A stretch of DNA of 64,000 nt from an uncultured Armatimonadetes bacterium (GTDB lineage Bacteria > Armatimonadota > UBA5829 > DTJY01): NCBI GenBank assembly GCA_963717145.1, contig OY970325.1, forward strand, positions 1,248,001-1,312,000. The letters are read 5' to 3'. The notes under the pieces were generated by a model. That model did no database searches and was not told the origin of the DNA. It saw only the letters and a program-made list of their open reading frames with translations. Position 1 is the stretch's first letter; each line of letters starts with the position of its first letter. The translations under genes and the position numbers were made by a program. Of the stretch, positions 20,598-30,748 are shown in pieces.

Positions 20598-21555
20598 CTG
20601 TTTCCAATCTCTCAAGGAATGGCTTCTGCGTCTCCTCGATGCGGGCCAGAAGCTCCTGAGTCCAGGGTATGCCCATCTCTTTCAAGGCGAGGAGCGCTGC
20701 GCCGATGCACGGGCGAACCCTGGGCTGGATCGGTCGCACGTTCGGAGCAATCTCCAAGGCACGCTCACACACCCGGTCCCAGAATATCCCGCTGCTCTGT
20801 GCGATCCCTCCCGATGCGACGAGCGCACAGTCGGACTCCTCGAGATGCAACCCGTTAACGACATCGCCTAGAGTCTCGGAGATATCATCAGCGGCTTCCA
20901 CAACGATCTTCCAGGCAATTCGGTCGCCGGCCTCGGCGGCCCGAATGACCGCTCTTGCCGCAGACGCGATACGCGAGCGTCCGATCTGCTCGTAGTACAC
21001 CAGATTGAACACCTCATTGGTATTGGTGACGCCAAGTTCTTGGGGAACAAGCTGCTCCAGCGTCGTCTTGCGCTCGGGTCCCCATGACGAGGCCATCGCC
21101 GCGCGCATGCCCATCAGCCCGATCTGATGGCCGCTCCCACGGTCTCCCAATACCGGTCCAAGGCCGTCCAGTGAGAAGTGCTTGCCATCTTCGGTCAGGG
21201 CGGCGACAAATGAGCCTGTTCCGGAGAGGACCAGGATGCCGCTGGTCTCCAGTGCGGTGGCAAATCCGCGGGTCAGCTCGCCTGCATGCACATGATGGAT
21301 GCTTGTTTCCTTGAGATCAAGCCGATCGAGCACCGGATCGTGCAGACCAGCCACCCAGAGATCGCAGGGCCGACGACCACCAAGCGCCTCCCTGATGGCC
21401 AGCGAGAAGTTCTCCAGGGCAGCGTCTCGTCCGGCCCAGAGAGTCTGACCAGTTCCGCCGCGTCCCCAGCCGAGGACGTTTCCGCGCTCATCAATCAATA
21501 CGGCATCGCTCTTCGTGCCGCCGCCGTCAATACCAAGTGCAAGTCTGTCGGTCAT
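20593..21555 (-). CDS. BadF/BadG/BcrA/BcrD-type ATPase (N-acetylglucosamine kinase-like)
   Basis: GIDGGGTKS, LSGTGS and GLGPVLGDRGSG motifs. Confidence 0.87.
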   Translation of the reverse strand: MTDRLALGIDGGGTKSDAVLIDERGNVLGWGRGGTGQTLWAGRDAALENFSLAIREALGGRRPCDLWVAGLHDPVLDRLDLKETSIHHVHAGELTRGFATALETSGILVLSGTGSFVAALTEDGKHFSLDGLGPVLGDRGSGHQIGLMGMRAAMASSWGPERKTTLEQLVPQELGVTNTNEVFNLVYYEQIGRSRIASAARAVIRAAEAGDRIAWKIVVEAADDISETLGDVVNGLHLEESDCALVASGGIAQSSGIFWDRVCERALEIAPNVRPIQPRVRPCIGAALLALKEMGIPWTQELLARIEETQKPFLERLETV

Positions 21556-21558
21556 GGC

Positions 21559-21630
21559 TGATGGTTGATGGTTAATGGTTGATGGGGAATGGCTCCCATG
21601 AACCATCAACCATCAGCCATCAACCATTCT
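21559..21630. repeat. Inverted 7-nt tandem repeat (GATGGTT ... AACCATC)
   Basis: 3-4 heptamers on each arm. Confidence 0.85.
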
Positions 21631-21633
21631 CTC

Positions 21634-22740
21634 CTATTCGTCGAGCGTTCCGTGCCTCAGGCCCAGTGGGAGCGGTGCAGGCCGAGAACAGGTGCTCTGA
21701 AGCTCGATATGCCTGCCTTCCCTCGACGCGTCGTGGAACGCGTGCATGATGTCGAGCACGTGATAGGCCACGTCGCCGTTCGCACGGTGTGGCCTGCCCG
21801 ACCTGAGAGCATACGCCATGTCCCCGGCGGCGAGGCCCCTGCTGTTCTCCACGTAACCGTGAGTCAGCGGCATGTCCGTCCATTCACTTGCGCCCGCACG
21901 ACGAACCTTCACCGGCCCGCCGAAGGTGTTTGGGTCCGGGACGCTGAGCGAGCCCTCGGTGCCATAGATCTCGATCCGAGGACGCTCGTGCGCCCACACA
22001 TCGTTGCTGGTGATGATTGTTCCCACCGCTCCGTTCTCGAAATCGAGTATGCCGGCTACGTGAGTCGGGACCTCCACCTTGATCACCTGCCCGTACTTCG
22101 GCTTGCTGGTGATGACCCGCTCGGGGAATGTGATCCGGGCCGAGCCGGTCACTCGCTTCACCGGCCCGATCAGGTTCACCAGCGCGGTGAGGTAGTACGG
22201 GCCCATATCGAACATCGGCCCGGCGCCTTCTTTGTACAGAAACTCGGGGTCCGGGTGCCAGGTTTCGGCGCCATGACCCATCATGAACGCGACCGCCCCG
22301 ATGGGTTCGCCGATCCAGCCGTCGTCGATCAGCTTTCGGCAGGTCTGCAGCCCCCCGCCGAGGAACGTGTCCGGCGCGGATCCGGCCCGCAGGCCCTTCG
22401 CCTTCGCGGTCTCGATGATCTGTCTGCCGGCCTCTCGCTTAGTTGCGAGCGGTTTCTCTCCGTGGACGTTCTTGCCGGCGTTCAGAGCGTTCATCGCGAT
22501 CTCGGCGTGCACCTTCGGCGGCGTGATGTTGATGACGATCTCGATCTCGGGATCGGCATAGATCTCGTCATTCGTCATCTGCTTGCAGCCGAACTCGGCC
22601 GCTCTGGACGCAGACCGCTCGGGGATGATGTCCGAGCAGCCCTTGATCTCCAGGATCTCGAACATCCCGCCCGACTTCAGATATACCGGGCTGATGTTTC
22701 CGCAGCCGATGACACCGACTTTCGTTCGCTTACTCGCCAT
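21634..22740 (-). CDS. Gfo/Idh/MocA-family oxidoreductase (copy 2)
   Basis: [23 protein letters not shown] and [10 protein letters not shown] motifs. Confidence 0.93.
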   Translation of the reverse strand: MASKRTKVGVIGCGNISPVYLKSGGMFEILEIKGCSDIIPERSASRAAEFGCKQMTNDEIYADPEIEIVINITPPKVHAEIAMNALNAGKNVHGEKPLATKREAGRQIIETAKAKGLRAGSAPDTFLGGGLQTCRKLIDDGWIGEPIGAVAFMMGHGAETWHPDPEFLYKEGAGPMFDMGPYYLTALVNLIGPVKRVTGSARITFPERVITSKPKYGQVIKVEVPTHVAGILDFENGAVGTIITSNDVWAHERPRIEIYGTEGSLSVPDPNTFGGPVKVRRAGASEWTDMPLTHGYVENSRGLAAGDMAYALRSGRPHRANGDVAYHVLDIMHAFHDASREGRHIELQSTCSRPAPLPLGLRHGTLDE

Positions 22741-22750
22741 GAGTGACCCC

Positions 22751-23851
22751 CTATTCGTCCAGCGTGCCGTGCCTCAGGCCCAGGGGAAGAGGCGCGGGCT
22801 GGGCAACCGTGCTCTCGATCATGATGTGCTTCCCCTCGCGTGAGGCATCGTGGAATGCGTGCATGAGATCGAGCACGTGATATGCCAGGTCGCCGTTCGC
22901 ACGATTGGGCCGTCCGGAGCGGAGCGCATATGCCATGTCCGCGACGCCGATGCCCCTGCTGTTCTCGGCGTATCCATGAGTCAGGGGGACCTCGGTCCAC
23001 TCACCCGCGCCGGCGCGCTTCACCCGCACCGGCCCGCCGAAGCAGTTCGGATCGGGAACGCTCAGGCTGCCCTCCGTGCCGTAGATCTCGATGCTCGGCA
23101 GTTGGGCCGCCCAGACGTCGAACGTGGTGATGATGCTGCCGACTGCGCCACTGGCGAAGTCCATCACGCCGACGACGTGCGTCGGCACCTCTACCTTGAT
23201 GACCTCGCCGCGCTTCGGCTCGCTGCCGATGACTCGCTCGGGAAAGGTGATCCGGGCCGAGCCGGTGACTCGCTTGATCGGGCCCATGAGATTGACAAGC
23301 GCAGTCAGGTAGTAAGGGCCCATGTCGAACATCGGGCCGCCGCCGCACTGGTAGTAGAACCCGGGATCGGGATGCCAGCCCTCATGGCCATGGCACATCA
23401 TGAAGGCGGTCGCCCCGATCGGTTCGCCGATCCAGCCGTCGTCGATGAGCTTGCGGCAGGTCTGGATTCCGCCGCCCATGAAGGTATCAGGCGCGGCCCC
23501 GACTCGCAGGCCCTTGGCTTTCGCGGTCTCGACGATCTGTCTGCCGTCCTCTCGCGTACAAGCGAGCGGTTTCTCGCCATGGACGCTCTTGCCGGCGTTG
23601 ATCGCGCCCATTGCGATTTCGGCATGCACCAGCGGAGGGGTGAGGTTGAGGACGATCTCGATCTCGGGATCGGCGAAGATCTCGTCATTCGTCATCTGTT
23701 TGCAGCCGAACTCCGCGGCCTTGGCCTCAGAGCGCTCGGGGATGATATCCGAGCAGCCCTTGATCTCGAGGATGTCGAACGTCCTGCCCGCCTGGAGATA
23801 GATCGGGCTGATGTTCCCGCATCCGATGATGCCGATTTTGGTTGCTGTCAT
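22751..23851 (-). CDS. Gfo/Idh/MocA-family oxidoreductase (copy 1)
   Basis: Same motifs as copy 2; close tandem paralogue. Confidence 0.93.
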   Translation of the reverse strand: MTATKIGIIGCGNISPIYLQAGRTFDILEIKGCSDIIPERSEAKAAEFGCKQMTNDEIFADPEIEIVLNLTPPLVHAEIAMGAINAGKSVHGEKPLACTREDGRQIVETAKAKGLRVGAAPDTFMGGGIQTCRKLIDDGWIGEPIGATAFMMCHGHEGWHPDPGFYYQCGGGPMFDMGPYYLTALVNLMGPIKRVTGSARITFPERVIGSEPKRGEVIKVEVPTHVVGVMDFASGAVGSIITTFDVWAAQLPSIEIYGTEGSLSVPDPNCFGGPVRVKRAGAGEWTEVPLTHGYAENSRGIGVADMAYALRSGRPNRANGDLAYHVLDLMHAFHDASREGKHIMIESTVAQPAPLPLGLRHGTLDE

Positions 23852-23874
23852 GTCTCGCTCCTTATTCCCGTAGA

Positions 23875-23978
23875 ACACAGATATCACAGATCGCGGAGGA
23901 TGGAAACAGATGGAACCAGGAATGGGTCATTCGTTCTCCATCCGCATAATCCTCTGCAATCCTCTGGCATCTGTGTTC
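23875..23978. repeat. Degenerate inverted short-repeat element (ACACAGAT ... ATCTGTGT)
   Basis: Repeated (A/C)(A/G)GAT units on the left and ATCC/ATCT units on the right. Confidence 0.55.
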
Positions 23979-23984
23979 TGAATT

Positions 23985-24629
23985 CTATTTCGCCGCCCAC
24001 ATTGCCCCGCGCTTGATGATCTCCATGACCTCGGGGACCTGGAAGTCGGCCAGCACATGACCGAGCGACATGTAGAATACCTTGCCCGCGCCATACTTCC
24101 GCTTCCAGACCGCCGGCATGACCGTGCCCGCGACCCAGGGATATGTATCGCCGCTGACGGTCGTCGTCGCCAGGACCTCGTTGCCCGGATCGACGTGCAT
24201 GTAGTACTGCTCACTGTGCATCTTGAAGCTGCTCAGCCCCGACACGATCGGGTCCGATGGCTTGGTGATGTCGACCGTGTAGTCGATGATGCCGCCCGGG
24301 TGCTCGACCCACTGGCCGCCGACCATGAACTGGTAGCCGGTGTTGTTGCGAAACGAGTCCGCCATGCCGCCGTGCCAGCCCGCGACGCCGATTCCGCCCT
24401 TGATCGCCTTGAGGAGTCCGCCCTCCTGCTCGCCGGTGATCGTGCCCCTCGTCCAGCATGGGACGACCAGGTCGATCGACGCCATCAGACCTTCGTCGGT
24501 GTAGGAATCCATCGTGTCCGAGATGATCGTCTCGAAGCCGTTCGCCTGCAGCACGGGAGCGACCGCGTCGACGCACTGCTTCGGCTCATGGCCATCCCAT
24601 CCGCCCCAGACCATCAATGCCCGCTTCAT
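23985..24629 (-). CDS. ThuA-like (trehalose utilisation / class I GATase-like) protein
   Basis: [38 protein letters not shown] and GKVFY.SLGH motifs. Confidence 0.9.
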   Translation of the reverse strand: MKRALMVWGGWDGHEPKQCVDAVAPVLQANGFETIISDTMDSYTDEGLMASIDLVVPCWTRGTITGEQEGGLLKAIKGGIGVAGWHGGMADSFRNNTGYQFMVGGQWVEHPGGIIDYTVDITKPSDPIVSGLSSFKMHSEQYYMHVDPGNEVLATTTVSGDTYPWVAGTVMPAVWKRKYGAGKVFYMSLGHVLADFQVPEVMEIIKRGAMWAAK

Positions 24630-24676
24630 ATGTTGGCCTCCGTCCGTGTTGTGTCTTGCCGGTCGTATAAACCCCA

Positions 24677-24747
24677 CGGTCGTAGGGGCGTGCCTTGTGC
24701 CGCCCGGCACTACCTCTCGGGCGGCACAAGGCACGCCCCTACGACCG
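24677..24747. repeat. GTAG-ended REP-like palindrome, family B
   Basis: CGTAGGGGCGTGCCTTGTGCCGCCCG...CGGGCGGCACAAGGCACGCCCCTACG; copies at 52008 and a half copy at 33632. Confidence 0.9.
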
Positions 24748-24885
24748 AGTATTCACGCTGTGGCAAGGGAAATCCTGGCCCCGCATGGAATCTGAGTGTG
24801 ATGCGAGGCACACTGCGCACAGGTTAGCACAGATTCTGCGCATGGTGCAAGGATCGATTGCCGACTTTCCCCCGGAGGTGTCGAT

Positions 24886-27612
24886 ATGCGAAAACTGCTG
24901 TTCCTGATCCTGCTCCTTCTACCGGTTCTGTGCCGGGCAGAGATGGACCGCGAGTTCGGCGCACAGAACGCCAGCTTCGCACGAGTCTCGGCTGACGGGA
25001 GCCCGGAGAACTGGCAGTTCTTCTCCGAAGGAACAGGTACCGGCCGATGCGAACTTGTCACGGAAGGGTCCACGCGCTTCGTCCGGGTGACTCGCGACAC
25101 TGGCGGAGACTACACCGGAGTACGTCAGCGCCTGGAGGGCTTCCACGTCAGCCCTTCCCTGGAATACACGATCGTTGGGGAATACAGCAGTCCCGTTGAA
25201 GGGCTCGCGCATCCGTGCGTCTATTACTTGAACGAAAACGGGCAGTTCCTGGGCGCATTCGAGTTCACGCTGCCCGCAACGAGCGAGATGACGAAGTTTG
25301 TCCGGCGGTTCAAGCCGCATCCCGGGACAAAGATCTTCGAGATCCAACTCCGCGCGCAGGGAAAGCCGGGAGAGGTCCGATACTATCGCTGCAACATCGT
25401 GCCACCTCTCATTGGTGCCGACGCCCCTGACCTAGTGCAGAGCGGAGCCGGCCTCGTCGTGGCACAGCCGGGCACCAGGTGTGCCATGCTGAATCCGGGC
25501 ACAACCCTGAAGGTTACCCTTCTTGGAGAGACCGGTGCCGAGGTGTACACCGACTATGGGCGGGCAGGCACTATGCTGGAGATCCGTCCACACGTACTGG
25601 CCACTGCCGATGGAGGAGCTGTGGATGTGCTCGCCAGCGGCCATGGGCTTCCTATCACATGGAAGGTCCTCTGCGAGCCAGGACGGGAGAAACACACTCT
25701 CGAAGTCACCGCGCCTAGCGATGGCCCAAACTTGCCGCTGCTGGTCTGCATCCGCCCGGTCAAAGGTGACCGCCTGAAGCCGCTCGCGGTCGAGTTCGGC
25801 GGATGGGAGAACGGCAACTTCGAGCCCAAGGGACAGTGGATCGGCGACTCCGAGAGGCTGATCGCAGAGGATGTTGACCTCACGATGGCCGAGATGATGC
25901 AGACGCTCACCGATGGAGGCAAGCGGCCGTTCATCGTGGAGAACGCCCTCACCAAGCCGATGAAGGGTGACATCGTCCGCAGATACGTTCTCGGCAAGGA
26001 GAAGCCGTCTTTCGAAGCGCGACTCCGGGCAGCCCAGGGTGAGTCGGAGGCATTCCAGGTGATGCTGCTCCCGAGTGCGGACGGCAAGCCGGCAAACATA
26101 TCCGGTGTGCGGTGTTCCGTATTGAGAAGCAAGGAAGGGACCATCCCTTCTTCCGCACTCCACATCTACCGGGTCGGGTATGTGGACTCCCCATGGGGCG
26201 AGCGCATCCCGGATCCACTCTTCACTGATCTCAACATGGGTGACCCGAGAGACCCTGTCGTCCTGATGGCGGACGTCCGTGTGCCGAGGGACGCTCCCGC
26301 CGGTGAGTACACGGGCTCGCTGCGGATGGCTATCAACGACAAGGCGACCGAAGTCCCGATCCGGCTCACCGTGTCGGACTTCGAGATCCCCGAGGAGAAC
26401 CACCTACGGACGTGCTTCTGGTTCTTCCGCGCGCAGATCAAGCGCCACTACGGCCTCGATCACGATCCCACGTGGGAGGAGTACCGCCCGTACCTCGACA
26501 TGGCGCTCCGATACCGTCTGACGCCGGTCGACTGCAATGAGGGCAACGTCGAGCCACTCTTCCAGGTCTACCGGGAGGCGGACGGCTCGTTCTCGATCGA
26601 CTGGACGGAGTTCGACCGGTTCGCAGAGTACATCCTCGCGCGCGGGGCGAACGTCCTCCACCTCGCGCCGACGCAGTGGTTCGGCTCGTGGTTCAGCGAA
26701 AAGCTGAAGGGCTTCTACAACACCGAGACGTTCACCGACCGCGCGACCGGCAACACTGAGCAGTTCACGCACCCATACCTCTCCGACGAGCACAAGAAGA
26801 TGCTCCAATGGTATCTTCGCGAGGCCTGCGACCATTTCGAGAAGAAGGGCTGGCTGAAGTACGCCTATCTCCAGCCGTTCGATGAAGTCGGCGAGAACCC
26901 CGAGGTCCTGAGCATCCTGAAGACGTGTCGCGAGGCCGATCCGCGCGTCAAGATCCTGATGGACGTCCTCCGGCCCGGCGACTCGATGGCCATGACGCCG
27001 CTGATCGACATCTGGTGTCCCCTGTCGCCGAATCTCCCCGGCGGCGGCTTCGAGCAGGTGCGCAAGGAGGGCGACGAGGTCTGGTGGTACGTCTGCATCG
27101 GGCCAAAGAAGCCATTCGCAAACCTCTTCACCAACTGGAGCGTGACCGAGCACCGGCAGCTATTCTGGCAGTCGTGGAAGTATCAGGCCGAGGGGCTGCT
27201 CTACTGGGGCATCAACTTCTGGAACTGGTGGGGGACGGAGAAGCCATACGACAAGAAGACATCATGGCCCGCAGGGAACTGGACCTCATCGACCACGAGC
27301 GGCGACACCGTGGGCGACGGGTACTTCATCTATCCCGGGCCGAAGGGTCCCCTGCCCTCGCTCCGTCTGCAGGCGATCCTCGACGGCATGGAGGACTACG
27401 AGTACCTGTGGCTGCTCGACGACCTCGTGAAGAAGGCCGAGGCGAAGGGCGTCCCCGCGATGGAGCTTGCGACCGCACGTCACCTGCTCACCGTCGACGG
27501 CAAGTTCTGCCGATCCCTCACCGAGTATTCCCGCGAGCCGGAGGACCTGAGGCTCATCCGCATGCAAGTCGCCCGCGAGATCGAGCGACTGAGTCGGAGG
27601 CCAGCGGATTAG
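24886..27612 (+). CDS. Secreted glycoside hydrolase-like protein (CBM-like N-terminus, GH123/DUF4091 C-terminus)
   Basis: Signal peptide; E.EAFQV, PDPL, FDE, WWYVC, GLLYW and GDGYFIYP...SLRL..I.DGMEDYEYL. Confidence 0.82.
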   Translation: MRKLLFLILLLLPVLCRAEMDREFGAQNASFARVSADGSPENWQFFSEGTGTGRCELVTEGSTRFVRVTRDTGGDYTGVRQRLEGFHVSPSLEYTIVGEYSSPVEGLAHPCVYYLNENGQFLGAFEFTLPATSEMTKFVRRFKPHPGTKIFEIQLRAQGKPGEVRYYRCNIVPPLIGADAPDLVQSGAGLVVAQPGTRCAMLNPGTTLKVTLLGETGAEVYTDYGRAGTMLEIRPHVLATADGGAVDVLASGHGLPITWKVLCEPGREKHTLEVTAPSDGPNLPLLVCIRPVKGDRLKPLAVEFGGWENGNFEPKGQWIGDSERLIAEDVDLTMAEMMQTLTDGGKRPFIVENALTKPMKGDIVRRYVLGKEKPSFEARLRAAQGESEAFQVMLLPSADGKPANISGVRCSVLRSKEGTIPSSALHIYRVGYVDSPWGERIPDPLFTDLNMGDPRDPVVLMADVRVPRDAPAGEYTGSLRMAINDKATEVPIRLTVSDFEIPEENHLRTCFWFFRAQIKRHYGLDHDPTWEEYRPYLDMALRYRLTPVDCNEGNVEPLFQVYREADGSFSIDWTEFDRFAEYILARGANVLHLAPTQWFGSWFSEKLKGFYNTETFTDRATGNTEQFTHPYLSDEHKKMLQWYLREACDHFEKKGWLKYAYLQPFDEVGENPEVLSILKTCREADPRVKILMDVLRPGDSMAMTPLIDIWCPLSPNLPGGGFEQVRKEGDEVWWYVCIGPKKPFANLFTNWSVTEHRQLFWQSWKYQAEGLLYWGINFWNWWGTEKPYDKKTSWPAGNWTSSTTSGDTVGDGYFIYPGPKGPLPSLRLQAILDGMEDYEYLWLLDDLVKKAEAKGVPAMELATARHLLTVDGKFCRSLTEYSREPEDLRLIRMQVAREIERLSRRPAD

Positions 27613-27613
27613 A

Positions 27614-27740
27614 TCCCAGTCGGCGGAGGCCGACTTCGTGCTCTTCGTAGGTGCGAATTCATTCGCGGTGTCATGGCGTCGCACCACGCGATTGAAATCG
27701 CGCCTACGAAGGGCACGAAGTCGACCTCCGTCGACTGGGA
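27614..27740. repeat. Composite palindrome with an inner GTAGGTGCGAATTCATTCGC REP-like element, between convergent genes
   Basis: Outer arms TCCCAGTCGGCGGAGGCCGACTTCGTG / CACGAAGTCGACCTCCGTCGACTGGGA flank CGTAG...CTACG. Confidence 0.85.
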
Positions 27741-27750
27741 ATGGATGCGG

Positions 27751-28653
27751 TTACTGCCCCTGCTTGAGCAGCGAGTTGATGTCGATGATCACACCGCCGC
27801 CGCCCTGACCCGAGACCGTCGGGACCTCGCCGTTCCACTTCTCGATCCACTCCCGCGCGAGAACCTTCGATCCGCCCTGTGCCTGAAGCGCCTGGGCATT
27901 GAGCCTCGCCGCCTCGGATGCGCCCCTCGCCTTGGTGACCGCGGTCTGGCGCTCGAGTTCGGCCTTCTGGAGGACGTACTTCTGCTTCTCCGCCTCCTGC
28001 TGGGCTACCTGCTTCGATTCGATCGCGGTGTTGAAGTCGGGCGAGAACTCGAAGTTGGTGATCGAGAGGCCTGCCGGCTCGACGATCAAGTCATAGCTCC
28101 TCAGGCGCTTCGTGATATCCATCTCGACCTCGGCCTTCACCGTCGCACGGTTCTTGATCAGTTCCTCCGCCGTGTACTTGGCCGTGACAGTCTTGATGGA
28201 TTCCTGCACTGCGGGGTCGATGATCCTCGTCTTGTACTCGACCCCCACGTCCTGATAGAGGTGCCCCACTCTGGATGGGTCTACGTGGAAGTTCAGGGCG
28301 ACCGATGTCGTCACCACCTGCAGGTCCTTCGATGCCGCCTGAGCGTTGTCCGTCGATTCCTTCTGCGTCCTGACCTCCATCAGCTCGACGGAGTTCACAT
28401 AGGGCATGATGACGTGGATCCCCTCGCCCAAGACGCCCCGCACCGCTCTGAAGCGGAGGAGCACGCCCCTGTCACCGGCGGGCACGATGACGATGGTCGA
28501 GGCAATCAGTCCGCCGACGATCATCACGAACGCGAGAATGCGCGCGGCCCACGCCCAGGGCTTCAGGTTGAGCTTGTCGCTGGTTTCAACGTGAAACCGG
28601 CGCAGCATGAACGAGAGGACTATCAGGATGATCCCAAACCATACAGCCGTCAT
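27751..28653 (-). CDS. SPFH/prohibitin-family membrane protein
   Basis: VPAG.RGV, ASKDLQ.V, YTAEELI.NR and FSPDFN.AIE.KQVAQQ motifs. Confidence 0.93.
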   Translation of the reverse strand: MTAVWFGIILIVLSFMLRRFHVETSDKLNLKPWAWAARILAFVMIVGGLIASTIVIVPAGDRGVLLRFRAVRGVLGEGIHVIMPYVNSVELMEVRTQKESTDNAQAASKDLQVVTTSVALNFHVDPSRVGHLYQDVGVEYKTRIIDPAVQESIKTVTAKYTAEELIKNRATVKAEVEMDITKRLRSYDLIVEPAGLSITNFEFSPDFNTAIESKQVAQQEAEKQKYVLQKAELERQTAVTKARGASEAARLNAQALQAQGGSKVLAREWIEKWNGEVPTVSGQGGGGVIIDINSLLKQGQ

Positions 28654-28774
28654 GTTCTGCCTCCTGTCGAGAAACTCTGCCTACTACTGGTAAGACACGC
28701 ATCGTACGAGTAAGTTGCGCTCATGGTGCCTCCACAAAGGTATTCACCGCCCGCTCGGCTTTTCACCTTCAACT

Positions 28775-28803
28775 TTGCCAAATCCGTCGGACTTCACTAT
28801 AAT
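28775..28803 (+). promoter_or_regulatory. sigma70-type promoter of pfp
   Basis: TTGCCA-17 nt-TATAAT. Confidence 0.7.
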
Positions 28804-28804
28804 A

Positions 28805-28870
28805 TGTAGTGGCCGTGCCTCCGTGCCGGCCAACCACGGTGCAGGCCGGCACGGAGGCACGGCCACTACA
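28805..28870. repeat. GTAG-ended REP-like palindrome, family A
   Basis: TGTAGTGGCCGTGCCTCCGTGCCGGCC...GGCCGGCACGGAGGCACGGCCACTACA. Confidence 0.9.
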
Positions 28871-28918
28871 TCGAGGCGTTATCCACAATCGAAGACGGGG
28901 GAGATGGAAAGCAATACT

Positions 28919-30578
28919 ATGGGCAAGGAATTATCAATCTTACAGAAACACCGCGCGGAGTATCAGCCGAAGCTGCCTGACGCGCTGAAGACCGGCGATA
29001 TCAAAGTCGAGTTCGGCGAGCCGTCGCATCCGGCGACCGATCAGTCGGACATCGAGCGGCTCTTCCCACTGAGCTACGGCCAGCCGGTCGTGAGGATCGT
29101 TCAGGGCGATGGCGGGCTCACCACCGAGCCGCTGAAGGTCGGCGTCGTGCTGTCGGGCGGACAGGCGCCGGGCGGGCACAACGTCATCGCCGGGCTGTTC
29201 GATGCGCTCAAGGCTGCGAACAGGGACAGCAAGCTCTTCGGCTTCCTGAAGGGCCCCGGCGGCGTCATCAAGGGCAAGTACAACGAGATCACCGCCGAGA
29301 TGATCGACGAGTACCGCAACACCGGCGGCTTCGACATGATCATGAGCGGGCGCGACAAGATCGAGAAGCCCGAGGACTTCGAGGCATGCCGCGACAACTT
29401 CGAGGAGATGGGGCTCGACGGCCTGGTGGTCATCGGCGGCGACGATTCGAACACGAACGCCGCGCTGCTCGCCGAGTACCTGCGGGGTCAGAAAAGCAAG
29501 ACGAGCATCATCGGCGTCCCGAAGACGATCGACGGCGACATGAAGAACGAGCAGATCGAGGCGTCGTTCGGCTTCGACACGGCGTGCAAGGTCTACTCCG
29601 AGCTGATCGGCAACATCTGCCGCGACGCGACGTCCGCGGTCAAGTACTGGCACTTCATCCGCCTGATGGGCCGCGCCGCGAGCCACGTGACGCTGGAATG
29701 CGCGCTCCAGACCCACCCGAACATCACGCTCATCTCCGAGGAGGTCCAGGAGAAGGGCACGCACGCTCGAGGAGATCGTCGACTACATCGCCGACGTGAT
29801 CGTCAAGCGCGCCGAGAAGGGACAGAACTACGGCGTGCTGCTCGTCCCCGAGGGTCTGCCGGAGTTCATCTCGGACATCAAGGCGATGATCGACGAGCTG
29901 AGCACGATCCTTGGCAGGGACGAGGACTACATCAAGGGCCTGAGCGATCACTCCGAGCGCGTGCAGCATATCACAGGCGAACTGACCGACGCGAGCGCCA
30001 AGGTGTACAACTCGCTGCCCGTGGACATCCAGGAAGTGCTGCTGAAGCGCGACAGCCACGGCAACGTGCCGCTCTCGCAGGTCGAGACCGAGCGGCTGCT
30101 GATCGATCTGGTCTCGGATAAGATCCGCTTCATCAAGGCACATGACGGCAAGAAGTGGCTCAAGTTCAGCCCGCTGACTCACTTCTTCGGCTACGAGGGC
30201 CGCTGCGCCGCGCCGTCGAACTTCGACGCGGACTACACCTATTCCCTCGGCTACGCGGCGGCGCAGCTCGTGCGCGCGAGACTGACGGGGTACACCGCGA
30301 ACGTGCAGAACCTGACGAAGCAATCGGACGAGTGGGTCGCCGGCGGAATACCGGTGACGATGATGCTGAACATGGAGACGCGCAAGGGCAAGAAGGTCCC
30401 GGTGATCAAGAAGGCGCTCGTCGACCTGGACGGCGCGCCGTTCAAGAAGTTCGCCGCGAATCGCGAGGACTGGGCGCTGAACGACGAGTACATCTTCCCC
30501 GGCCCGATCCAGTACTTCGGCCCGTCCGAGATCGCGGACCGCACGACGGAGACGCTTGCCTTGGAGAGAGGGTGCTGA
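28919..30578 (+). CDS. pfp: PPi-dependent phosphofructokinase (long clade); frameshift near 29762
   Basis: [27 protein letters not shown] and LMGR.ASH; continues as VPEGL.EF...HFFGYEGRC in ORF 29796..30578. Confidence 0.92.
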
Positions 30579-30587
30579 GGTAAACCC

Positions 30588-30730
30588 TGTTCGGGCTGGA
30601 GTTGCCAGTGTTCGGGCTGGAGTTGTACTCCAGCTCGCGCCACTAACCGCGGAGTTGTACTCCGCCACGGCTCGGCGAATGGAGTACAACTCCATCATCA
30701 GTCTCACGTGCCGGAGTACAACTCCGGCAC
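30588..30730. repeat. Cluster of four GGAGTTGTACTCC-core hairpins preceded by a 21-nt duplication
   Basis: Cores at 30619 and 30651 (forward) and 30681 and 30713 (reverse). Confidence 0.85.
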
Positions 30731-30748
30731 GAACGGGCACTGGGTTTC

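Noticed and set aside
30616-30730. CRISPR array
   Set aside because: The core is only 13 nt, orientation flips midway, spacers are under 20 nt, and there are no cas genes.
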